Shown here: positions 14,862-22,036 of the stretch, one piece after another
Layout: every line of letters starts with the position of its first letter
How positions within the stretch are numbered: position 1 is the first letter of the stretch
Assembly: GCF_000354175.2 (NCBI RefSeq)
Contig: NC_022349.1
Coordinates: forward strand, 960,001 to 992,000
Origin: Vibrio alginolyticus NBRC 15630 = ATCC 17749
GTDB lineage: Bacteria; Pseudomonadota; Gammaproteobacteria; Enterobacterales; Vibrionaceae
DNA length: 32,000 nt
Reading direction: 5' to 3'
The notes under the pieces: model-generated
The model's database searches: none
What the model was told of the DNA's origin: nothing
What the model saw: only the letters and a program-made list of their open reading frames with translations
Position numbers and translations under genes: made by a program

Positions 14862-15166
14862 TCTTGCTGCTTCGCGAAGTACGCCGAGACCTTTTTTAGG
14901 AATTCCATTTCATCTTTGAGCCGCTTGTTCTCGCGCCTTAGCGCTCGAAGCTCTTCAGACTCTTTCTTCGAATAATCGACACCGTCTAAAGTGTTAAACT
15001 GTTTATCAGATAGGCGTGTGAACTGGCGCTTCCAGTTCCGGATCTGCTGGGCACTGATGCCCAGCTCCTTAGCAACGGAGACGGCTGTTCGGCCAGGAAG
15101 ACTGGCCAAGCGAACTGCTTCTTTACGGAACTCTTCGGTGTACGCTGGATTACGATGTTTAGCCAT
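14858..15166 (-). CDS. IS3-family transposase OrfA
   Basis: 102 aa. The protein is identical to copies 1 and 2 despite nucleotide differences. Confidence 0.9.
   Translation of the reverse strand: MAKHRNPAYTEEFRKEAVRLASLPGRTAVSVAKELGISAQQIRNWKRQFTRLSDKQFNTLDGVDYSKKESEELRALRRENKRLKDEMEFLKKVSAYFAKQQE
14891..14897 (-). promoter_or_regulatory. programmed -1 frameshift heptamer A AAA AAG (IS copy 3)
   Basis: Same context as copy 1. Confidence 0.8.
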
Positions 15167-15234
15167 AAATCACCTCTCAATTAGACCCTAGATCTAACTT
15201 AGTAAAGTGTCTACTAAACGTGGGGTACTCGGGC

Positions 15235-15360
15235 ACATAACGCCCAATTAAGGTGTGAAGCACGCAATACCGAAGCCCCCGCATACCACCTTAATCACTA
15301 AATTCAACGCATAGCAAAAATGCCACGCGTTGCGAATCACTCTTGAACAGTTTATTATGT
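15235..15360 (-). repeat. attC_18 (VCR-like, 126 bp, R'' point-mutated)
   Basis: acataac...attatgt. R'' reads ACATAAT instead of ACATAAC (tttattatgt where other copies have tttgttatgt). Confidence 0.85.
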
Positions 15361-15373
15361 GCGTGGTTGAAAC

Positions 15374-15790
15374 CTACTCTACACTTGGCTCCGGTAAAAC
15401 TGGTGGTGTACTGTCCATATAAGTTAAAAAGTTTTCCCATAACTCGTGCGTTCTTTGCTTAGTTAACTTAGTTTTGCACGATATCGCCATAACTCCACGA
15501 ATAGTTCCATCACGCCATTGCGTATAAACCGAATCACAGTGAGAGGACATATATGCTTGCCAATCCTGTTGAGCAAGCTTAATTGCTGCGATCAGTTCTG
15601 GGTCATGAGAGTTGTGCTCAAAGCTAGTGTTTAGATATTTGTCTAATTTAACTTGTGCTGACTCTAGTTCAATAGCAGTACATTGGTTTATCTCGATTGT
15701 GGTCATCGCATTATTACAGTCAATGGACTCTTCTTCAGCAAGAGCACCAAATGAAAGACTAGCTAATATGATGATTAGACACTTATTCAT
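15374..15790 (-). CDS. secreted DUF1311 / LprI-like (lysozyme-inhibitor-type) protein
   Basis: 138 aa. Signal peptide MNKCLIIILASLSFGALA. DUF1311-like spacing: MTTIEINQCTAIELESAQVKLDKYLN...AQQDWQAYMSSHCD...ISCKTKLTKQRTHEL. The family call is from memory. Confidence 0.7.
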   Translation of the reverse strand: MNKCLIIILASLSFGALAEEESIDCNNAMTTIEINQCTAIELESAQVKLDKYLNTSFEHNSHDPELIAAIKLAQQDWQAYMSSHCDSVYTQWRDGTIRGVMAISCKTKLTKQRTHELWENFLTYMDSTPPVLPEPSVE

Positions 15791-15806
15791 CGTTTTCTCC
15801 TAAAGC

Positions 15807-15932
15807 ACATAACGCCCAATTAAGGGGTGAGTAACGCAACACCAATGCCGCCGCAAACCACCTTAATCACTAAAATTAACGCATAGTAAAAATGCCACGC
15901 GTTATGAATCCCTCTTGAATTGTTTGTTAGTA
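15807..15932 (-). repeat. attC_19 (VCR-like, 126 bp)
   Basis: acataac...gttagta. Inner stem taacgc/gcgtta. Confidence 0.9.
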
Positions 15933-16355
15933 CGCTGCCCTTGAAGCCTTGGGCATACCCCAAGATGTTGAAATATAGCACGAAATTTATGGATTAAAAC
16001 ACTGAAACCAAACGGACAACGGCCAAATTGAAAACTAGCTTCAAGACGTAAGTTGGCTAAAAGAAAAACATGCCAAACTGCTCTTTTTCACCGCTTTCAC
16101 ATTAGCAAAGGATACGCTCACCAAACTCAACCGCAGCGACAATGAAGCTACATTTTTGATGCTGAAACCAACAGCATCAAAGAAGCCGCGCCAAAGAAAT
16201 AGCCCAAAAGTTAGAAACCGTAAACGATGAAATCAAAGCAAAAACTTCGCATCTAGTGCCACCGGAGCGAACGTGAAAAGCACATTTGAACAGGTGTAAA
16301 GTTAGGAAAAGAAACCAATAAACACAGAAACTTCTAACCTTTGATACCAATTCAG
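15933..16355. other. ORF-less integron cassette, family B copy 3
   Basis: 423 bp, alignable with B1 and B2. The hairpin arm GGCAC is changed to AGCAC here. Confidence 0.75.
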
Positions 16356-16481
16356 TACTAACGCCCTGTTAAGGTGTGAGCAACGCAATACAAGAGCTGC
16401 CGCAAACCACCTTAAACACCAAACGCAACGCATAGTAAAAATGCCACGCGTTGCGAATCACTCTTAAACAGTTTGTTAACT
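16356..16481 (-). repeat. attC_20 (VCR-like, 126 bp)
   Basis: tactaac...gttaact. Confidence 0.9.
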
Positions 16482-16483
16482 AA

Positions 16484-17389
16484 CTACGATTTGTAAATAT
16501 CTAAAAAGCTATAGCTCGGCTCGGGCATATTACGGGTGTAGAACACTTCTGGAACATAATCCGTTTCAAACCCTAAGCGAAAACCGTATTTCTGGTAAGT
16601 AAGCTTTGCCAGTGCCAGTAACGGCATAGCAAAATAGCCTACACGCTCTTCCTTTAACTTTTTTTGACTCCAATACTTGTGGTGCCCTTTGACCGCTTCA
16701 TACATCGCTTGTTGATATTCCGCTTCACCACAACCTGATTTGTTTAGAACTTTTGTCATCACATTAATCGTTGGCAAATCGACAAGGTTAGCGTGTTCAA
16801 AGGCTAAACCCTCAAGATACTCAGGCGTACTCACATCAATAAACTTCTGAATTAACGACTTAACGTCGCCAGATTTTATTCCGAGCATGACCATTTGGAG
16901 CTCAAAGAAGGTACGAGACCGAACATTATACCACTCAGTGTTTGGGTGGTCGGCTAAGTTGGCAAGGTACTCGATGTCACTCACTTGCTCACAGAATAAA
17001 GATAGCCAACTTAAATAGGTCAAATATCGCGCGCCATCGAGAGCATTGTATTCCTCTTTCTTTGCTACTAGAGTCACCTCCGCTTTGGGGAGCACCACCG
17101 AAATCGTCTCACCATTACTCAATAGCTGTGACTGCACTAATTTAATATCAAAGTACTGATGCATATCCATTGCTCTAAGACTGGATTCTATGTCTCCAGC
17201 CTTGTGGTATAAACTACTGGTTAGATAAAGGCCTGCAAGACTCACGCGATATAAATCGACTTTCCCGATTTTAGAGTAAAGCTCAAAGTCATCTAGCAGT
17301 AGTTTACATTTCATCCCGTATGGATTCGAAAGCCTTTTTAGGTGGTCTGCATGGCATGGCATTGGTTTAAAGTGTTCTTTTGATGTCAT
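16484..17389 (-). CDS. hypothetical all-alpha protein (possibly polymorphic-toxin immunity type)
   Basis: ORF track gives 16484..17464, and its first 25 codons translate attC_21 (RCSHLNRAL). I trimmed the start to ATG 17387-17389 (MTSKEHFKPM), giving 301 aa. No firm motif. The C-terminal GYFAMPLLALAKLTYQKYGF recalls Imm-type families, with low confidence. Confidence 0.6.
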   Translation of the reverse strand: MTSKEHFKPMPCHADHLKRLSNPYGMKCKLLLDDFELYSKIGKVDLYRVSLAGLYLTSSLYHKAGDIESSLRAMDMHQYFDIKLVQSQLLSNGETISVVLPKAEVTLVAKKEEYNALDGARYLTYLSWLSLFCEQVSDIEYLANLADHPNTEWYNVRSRTFFELQMVMLGIKSGDVKSLIQKFIDVSTPEYLEGLAFEHANLVDLPTINVMTKVLNKSGCGEAEYQQAMYEAVKGHHKYWSQKKLKEERVGYFAMPLLALAKLTYQKYGFRLGFETDYVPEVFYTRNMPEPSYSFLDIYKS

Positions 17390-17431
17390 ATAAACATTTC
17401 TCTTTAATTTATAAACTGGATCGAAGGAGTT

Positions 17432-17557
17432 AGTTAACGCCCTGTTAAGGTGTGAGCAACGCAATACCGATGCCTCCGCATACCACCTTAAACACTAAAC
17501 GCAACGCATAGTAAAAATGCCACGCGTTGCGAATCACTCTTAAACAGTTTGTTATGT
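17432..17557 (-). repeat. attC_21 (VCR-like, 126 bp)
   Basis: agttaac...gttatgt. Confidence 0.9.
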
Positions 17558-17959
17558 TCGTAGCCTCGTGTGCCATCTAGTTACGTCCGTGAGCCTACTT
17601 TCATAGACCTTATTCACTGTTGCTATATGAGCTATACAGTCAAAATTAAACAACACTACACGTTTTTTAATAGTTTTTACTTTATCCGTATCTACTTCAA
17701 CTGTTAAAGAAGCTTTCAATAATGTTGATAAATCGATATTTTCCTTTATCGCTTCACTTCTAAACCAAGCTGATAGCTCATTGGAAATATACAGTTCTAG
17801 CTCGCCAGCAATCGAATGTGAAACTGTTCCATCGAGCAAGTTAATACACAAGACACCATTAGGCAGCTCAGATAACATTTCGAGGTCTTCACCCATCCGC
17901 CAACCAACAAACATCTTGGGTAGAACTTCAACGTAGTGATTAATCCTTTTTAGTCCCAT
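17552..17959 (-). CDS. hypothetical protein (135 aa)
   Basis: ORF track gives 17552..18004. I trimmed the start to ATG 17957-17959 (MGLKRINHY) with AGAGGGA upstream. The stop lies inside R''. Confidence 0.55.
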   Translation of the reverse strand: MGLKRINHYVEVLPKMFVGWRMGEDLEMLSELPNGVLCINLLDGTVSHSIAGELELYISNELSAWFRSEAIKENIDLSTLLKASLTVEVDTDKVKTIKKRVVLFNFDCIAHIATVNKVYESRLTDVTRWHTRLRT

Positions 17960-17971
17960 AATCCCTCTAGA

Positions 17972-18097
17972 ACATAACGCCCAATTAAGGTGTGAAGCAC
18001 GCAACCACTACACCCAATTTGACCACCATAAACACTGAACTTAACCCAAACCAAAAATGCCAAGCGTGCTGAATCACTCTTAAATTGTTTGTTAAGT
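17972..18097 (-). repeat. attC_22 (VCR-like, 126 bp)
   Basis: acataac...gttaagt. Inner stem agcacgc/gcgtgct. Confidence 0.9.
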
Positions 18098-18102
18098 TTC
18101 TT

Positions 18103-18795
18103 TTACCGATGAACAAACTGTTCCCTATAGTGCCCTAACTCCAAGCATTTTGAGCATTCTTCTTCACTCTCACGGTAATAGACTCTTTTATTTCCTATGA
18201 TCATTTGCACACGTTCAACAACGCTGTCCCCCTTACCTTTGAGCTGAACAACTTGTAAATCAGGCTTACAGCAACGAAGAATCCCTTGTAATAGCTCTAC
18301 TGTTGAGGCTTGTACTTTAGGTCCGAGTATCAATTTTTTCACTGCAATCGGTACATATGTGTCCGATGTGATACAACGGAACTCCTTCTCATATTTCCAG
18401 CTCGAATCCTTATACTTTAGAATTTCTATCGCTTTATCTGTTGTTAATTGATTTTTAGAAACTTTTGGCTTGTTGCGATAGGAAACTTTAACAACTTCCG
18501 AACTTGGTAGCAGTTCAAACTCAATGGCACAACCACGTCCCCCATCTGCATAATGTGCCCACATTAATGTGTTTGAGTCGTCTGGAGTAAAACAACATAC
18601 TCGCAGATCTTCGAGTATGTTCTTCCACGTTTCTTCTAGGTCATCGGGGATTGTACCATCAACCTTAATGACTCCCTCCATAGGGTCATTTAGCTCACTA
18701 TACTTACTTGCATACAATCTTTCTCGAAGCAATATGTCCAATACGAACTCAAAATTACTTAATGATTTGTATTTGTAGAATGTATTTTTGTTCAT
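18103..18795 (-). CDS. DUF2971-like protein
   Basis: 230 aa. FYKYKSLSNFEFVLDILLRERLYASKYSELNDPMEG ... CCFTPDDSNTLMWAHYADGGRGCAIEF matches my recollection of the DUF2971 signature (..NDP.E ... lMWshYa..hkG.ci.f). Confidence 0.7.
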   Translation of the reverse strand: MNKNTFYKYKSLSNFEFVLDILLRERLYASKYSELNDPMEGVIKVDGTIPDDLEETWKNILEDLRVCCFTPDDSNTLMWAHYADGGRGCAIEFELLPSSEVVKVSYRNKPKVSKNQLTTDKAIEILKYKDSSWKYEKEFRCITSDTYVPIAVKKLILGPKVQASTVELLQGILRCCKPDLQVVQLKGKGDSVVERVQMIIGNKRVYYRESEEECSKCLELGHYREQFVHR

Positions 18796-18812
18796 TTGAA
18801 CTACCTATTGAA

Positions 18813-18938
18813 ACTTAACGCCCTGTTAAGGGGTGAGCAACGCAATACATAAGCCGCCGCATACAACCTTAAACACTTAAACCAACGCATAGTAAAAATG
18901 CCACGCGTTGCGAATCCCTCTTAAACAGTTTGTTAGCT
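18813..18938 (-). repeat. attC_23 (VCR-like, 126 bp)
   Basis: acttaac...gttagct. Confidence 0.9.
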
Positions 18939-18946
18939 GTTTCGTA

Positions 18947-19261
18947 TTAGGAGACTGGACTATTAACGTAAAAATAACCAACAAGACCAACCGTGCCGTA
19001 TAAAAGTGCCTTCAGAGAAGCTAGCCAGTTACTTTTAATATTAAGTAAAGTCACCACAATTGAGGATACCATCGCAAAACACCACATCAAGACAACTAAA
19101 CAAGCAAACAATAAATCTATAACGTCACCGAACCCATAAGGTTCTCCGGGTGAGACCGCTATATGCCCATAAATTTGAGATTTATATAGTAGCCCAGAGA
19201 AAGCAAAAAAATGGACTAAAACAATACTGAACGCTAATAACTTATTAAATCTTGCTTCCAT
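18947..19261 (-). CDS. small integral membrane protein (3 TM)
   Basis: 104 aa. ATG start with GGAGAG 9 nt upstream. Three hydrophobic helices. Confidence 0.6.
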   Translation of the reverse strand: MEARFNKLLAFSIVLVHFFAFSGLLYKSQIYGHIAVSPGEPYGFGDVIDLLFACLVVLMWCFAMVSSIVVTLLNIKSNWLASLKALLYGTVGLVGYFYVNSPVS

Positions 19262-19295
19262 TTAGTTTCACTCTCCAATACCACATTGCACAAAC

Positions 19296-19421
19296 AGCTA
19301 ACGCCCTGTTAAGGTGTGAGCAACGCAATACCGAAGCCACTGCATACCACCTTAAACACTAAAACCAACGCATAGTAAAAATGCCACGCGTTGCGAATCA
19401 CTCTTAAACAGTTTGTTATAG
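19296..19421 (-). repeat. attC_24 (VCR-like, 126 bp)
   Basis: agctaac...gttatag. Confidence 0.9.
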
Positions 19422-19832
19422 CGCTTTGCCGTTTACAAGTGACCAATGATGAGGCATTAATTCTCGTATAGTCTTGAAAACCAATGCATTCCCTGAAGTC
19501 GTAATTGCTGCTTTGACATCCCCACCCCAATGGACGAGGCGCTCTTGGCAAACTCCGCATGGTGACAAAATTAGAAATTCATCGTTCTCGCTCTCACGAC
19601 ACAGGCATAATGAGTGGGTCACTCGCTCATTGAGTTTGTGAGCCTCTAAATACGCTCCCACCTCCATGCATAGTGAAAGAGCATCGTTTTTAGTATCAGG
19701 AGCAATGCTTGTTAATATTTTTCCTGACTCTGTTCTAACAGCCGCAGCTCCACCCCAACCAGAAGGATATCGCATATTTACTAGTTCTATTGCTGCTTGA
19801 TAGAGCTCTTTTTCGATATTATCCATGACCAT
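19416..19832 (-). CDS. cytidine deaminase-fold protein (blasticidin-S deaminase-like)
   Basis: 138 aa. Zinc-binding motifs C-M-E (LSLCMEVGA) and PCGVCQE at CDA-family spacing. The stop lies inside R''. Confidence 0.8.
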   Translation of the reverse strand: MVMDNIEKELYQAAIELVNMRYPSGWGGAAAVRTESGKILTSIAPDTKNDALSLCMEVGAYLEAHKLNERVTHSLCLCRESENDEFLILSPCGVCQERLVHWGGDVKAAITTSGNALVFKTIRELMPHHWSLVNGKAL

Positions 19833-19854
19833 CCATATTCAATTTTATCGTGCG

Positions 19855-19980
19855 CTATAACGCCCTGTTAAGGGGTGAGCAACGCAATTCCGAAGCCGCC
19901 GCAAACCACCTTAAACACTAAAACCAACGCATAGTAAAAATGCCACGCGTTGCGAATCCCTCTTGAACAGTTTGTTATGT
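19855..19980 (-). repeat. attC_25 (VCR-like, 126 bp)
   Basis: ctataac...gttatgt. Confidence 0.9.
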
Positions 19981-20434
19981 TTTACCACAAGTCACTGACT
20001 TTATTGAGAAAGAACTGCTATTTCAAGCTAGTTTTCTGAACCAAACCACAAGGCAAGAACCAACTTGGCCACCAAAAGCGACTAACCCAAAACCAGTAAT
20101 TCCACTTCCCTGCCCAATGAGGCAACCCGACGAAGCTCCAACAAGCGACCTGTCTTTCCAACCAAAGTGCAAAACAATGGCAAATTGCCGAGGCAACTGC
20201 CAAGCCAAAATGCTAATTGGCTAAGAATCCAAAAGCGACTTTGAGCCAGTTAAACTAAAAACCGACCGCCACGACCTGACAATGAAGCAACCCACGAACA
20301 TTGGTATGTTTTACGGGCTGATTGGTTCAAGAACTTAGACCGACAATACTGATTTGCTGAGTCTACTAGGGACGAATTGCCAGAGGGACAAAGAACTAGA
20401 GCCTAAGACCTTTAAGCCTTTGAAATGCAAGTAA
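19981..20434. other. ORF-less integron cassette, family D copy 2
   Basis: 454 bp. It holds only two overlapping 61-aa - strand ORFs without RBS. Shares its 5' and internal blocks with 8467..8810. Confidence 0.65.
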
Positions 20435-20560
20435 ACATAACGCCCTGTTAAGGGGTGAGCAACGCAATACAAAAGCCGCCGCATACCACCTTAACCACTA
20501 AACGCAACGCATATTGAAAATGCCACGCGTTGCGAATCCCTCTTGAACAGTTTGTTATGT
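20435..20560 (-). repeat. attC_26 (VCR-like, 126 bp)
   Basis: acataac...gttatgt. Identical to attC_36. Confidence 0.9.
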
Positions 20561-20568
20561 GCGAACTT

Positions 20569-20841
20569 CTAGCTTGTAGATGACTGCTCAGCAACACTAA
20601 CTTTAGGCTCTTTCTCTGGCGTCGACCATTTGATGATTGCTCTAAGGTTCATTGAGAAAAAGATGATATTTGCAATTATCATTGCCACACTGCCAGTAAG
20701 ATAACCAACTGCTACCCAACTAGTGTTACCGCACATCATTAAGATGAAACCGATTTTGTTCTTATTTCCAATTTGCCAAATTGCAAGAAACGTAAGTACC
20801 ATTGCAACCCAGTCGATTCCATAGTACTGAAAATATTCCAT
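20569..20841 (-). CDS. small 3-TM membrane protein (PnuC/SemiSWEET-sized), copy 1
   Basis: ORF track gives 20569..20856. I trimmed the start to ATG 20839-20841 (MEYFQYYGIDW) with GGAGGA upstream, giving 90 aa. Three TM helices and an acidic/Ser-rich tail. Confidence 0.65.
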   Translation of the reverse strand: MEYFQYYGIDWVAMVLTFLAIWQIGNKNKIGFILMMCGNTSWVAVGYLTGSVAMIIANIIFFSMNLRAIIKWSTPEKEPKVSVAEQSSTS

Positions 20842-20854
20842 TTTTCCTCCAAGC

Positions 20855-20980
20855 ACATAACGCCCGCTTAAGTGGTGAGCAACGCAATGCCGAAGCTACC
20901 GCATTCCACCTTAAACACTAAACGCAACGCATGGTAAAAATGCCACGCGTTGCGAATCCGTCTTGAAGCGTTTGTTATAT
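20855..20980 (-). repeat. attC_27 (VCR-like, 126 bp)
   Basis: acataac...gttatat. Confidence 0.9.
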
Positions 20981-20988
20981 GACGGTTT

Positions 20989-21891
20989 CTAGTATGCCTC
21001 GTCACATAGAAGCAAGATTGCTGAAGCCACAGCATTAATCGAATATTTGGCAACGTGTTCAGGGACATTCTTGTCGTCTAAACCAGCGCCATGCGAGTAG
21101 CTCAATCGATTTCGTATGGTTGCTATCAACATAATTGGCTGTTCCCAAAATGAATCGAGGTTCGAACTAGTGATAATAGTCTTAAGCAATACTCCAGCAG
21201 TATCTTTATCTGAAAATTTGTATTTATTTCTAGCACAAATTACTTTCATCGTACTTTCCAAAGCACTACAACACTTGGTAACACTATCTCGATACTTTCC
21301 TTTTCGATATTCATCTAATGCAAGCATGAATTCCTCATTAGCATTCAATAAGTCTGGCTTTCTCAACAATGCTAAGGCAGGCTCGACCGCTGTATTGTGA
21401 AGAACATCGCTATCTTTACGTATTATTTTTGGAAATTCTCTAATTTGTCTAGCTTTTGCAGGCGAACCATAAAAGTAGGTATCTACCTCTTCCCATACAG
21501 TATCCGTCAAGTAATATGGTAAATCATCAACTGCAAAGAACTCGTTAATGTGTTTTATAAAAACACATTCATCTCCTGACCGTTTGAAACTTTGAGTTTG
21601 AAATAGATACTCAATAGAATCTAGCAAATGAGCATCATCACATTGAAGTATATAGTTATATACATCATCTTCGATTCCAATACCTTGATATGCATTTGGG
21701 GACAATACTGATTTACCATGTAAATATGAAAGTTTCTTATGGAGCTCGCGAAGTACGTCATAAAATGAGTTATCAGTAAAATCTTTCACTAACATCACGA
21801 AACGTTGCCTAAAGGTCTCCGATATGGGTTTTAAAGGCTCTTTATCGCTGCGTTTTCTTCTTGAGAACACGTCAAAAATATTGCCTAGCAC
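20989..21891 (-). CDS. AbiJ-like abortive-infection protein with C-terminal HEPN (Abi_C-type) domain, tentative
   Basis: 300 aa. GTG start at 21889-21891 with AGAGGA 6 nt upstream. N-terminus FDVFSRRKRSDKEPLKPISETFRQRF. C-terminal R-x4-6-H motif IATIRNRLSYSHGAG, typical of HEPN/Abi_C. From memory, not searched. Confidence 0.65.
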   Translation of the reverse strand: MLGNIFDVFSRRKRSDKEPLKPISETFRQRFVMLVKDFTDNSFYDVLRELHKKLSYLHGKSVLSPNAYQGIGIEDDVYNYILQCDDAHLLDSIEYLFQTQSFKRSGDECVFIKHINEFFAVDDLPYYLTDTVWEEVDTYFYGSPAKARQIREFPKIIRKDSDVLHNTAVEPALALLRKPDLLNANEEFMLALDEYRKGKYRDSVTKCCSALESTMKVICARNKYKFSDKDTAGVLLKTIITSSNLDSFWEQPIMLIATIRNRLSYSHGAGLDDKNVPEHVAKYSINAVASAILLLCDEAY

Positions 21892-21908
21892 TGTTTTTCC
21901 TCTTAGTC

Positions 21909-22034
21909 ATATAACGCCCAATTAAGGTGTGAAGCACGCGACCACAACACTTAATTTGACCACCGTAAACACTAAACTTACCCCCAAGAAAAAATGCCAA
22001 GCGTGCTGAATCACTCTTAAATTGTTTGTTATAT
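21909..22034 (-). repeat. attC_28 (VCR-like, 126 bp)
   Basis: atataac...gttatat. Inner stem agcacgc/gcgtgct. Confidence 0.9.
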
Positions 22035-22036
22035 CT

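Larger units (their letters stand above)
14046..15232 (-). mobile_element. IS3-family insertion sequence, copy 3 (1187 bp; same 69-bp orfB deletion, mosaic sequence)
   Basis: 4-bp target duplication GCAC at 14042-14045 and 15233-15236. The orfB 3' part is identical to copy 1. The orfA / 5' orfB part carries many mostly silent differences from copies 1 and 2. Confidence 0.9.

Noticed and set aside
11773-15232. IS2-qnrVC-IS3 as a composite transposon that transposed into this site.
   Set aside because: The outer flanks differ (acac versus gcac), and copy 3 has its own TSD. The structure was therefore assembled in situ by separate insertions. I keep only the potential for future mobilisation as a finding.
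16484-17464. N-terminal extensions of many track ORFs into the upstream attC (peptides such as MRCSHLNRAL, MRASHLNWAL and MGVSRQNGEN).
   Set aside because: The extension is attC read-through. In each case an internal ATG, GTG or TTG with a good Shine-Dalgarno lies just after the attC, so I trimmed the starts.
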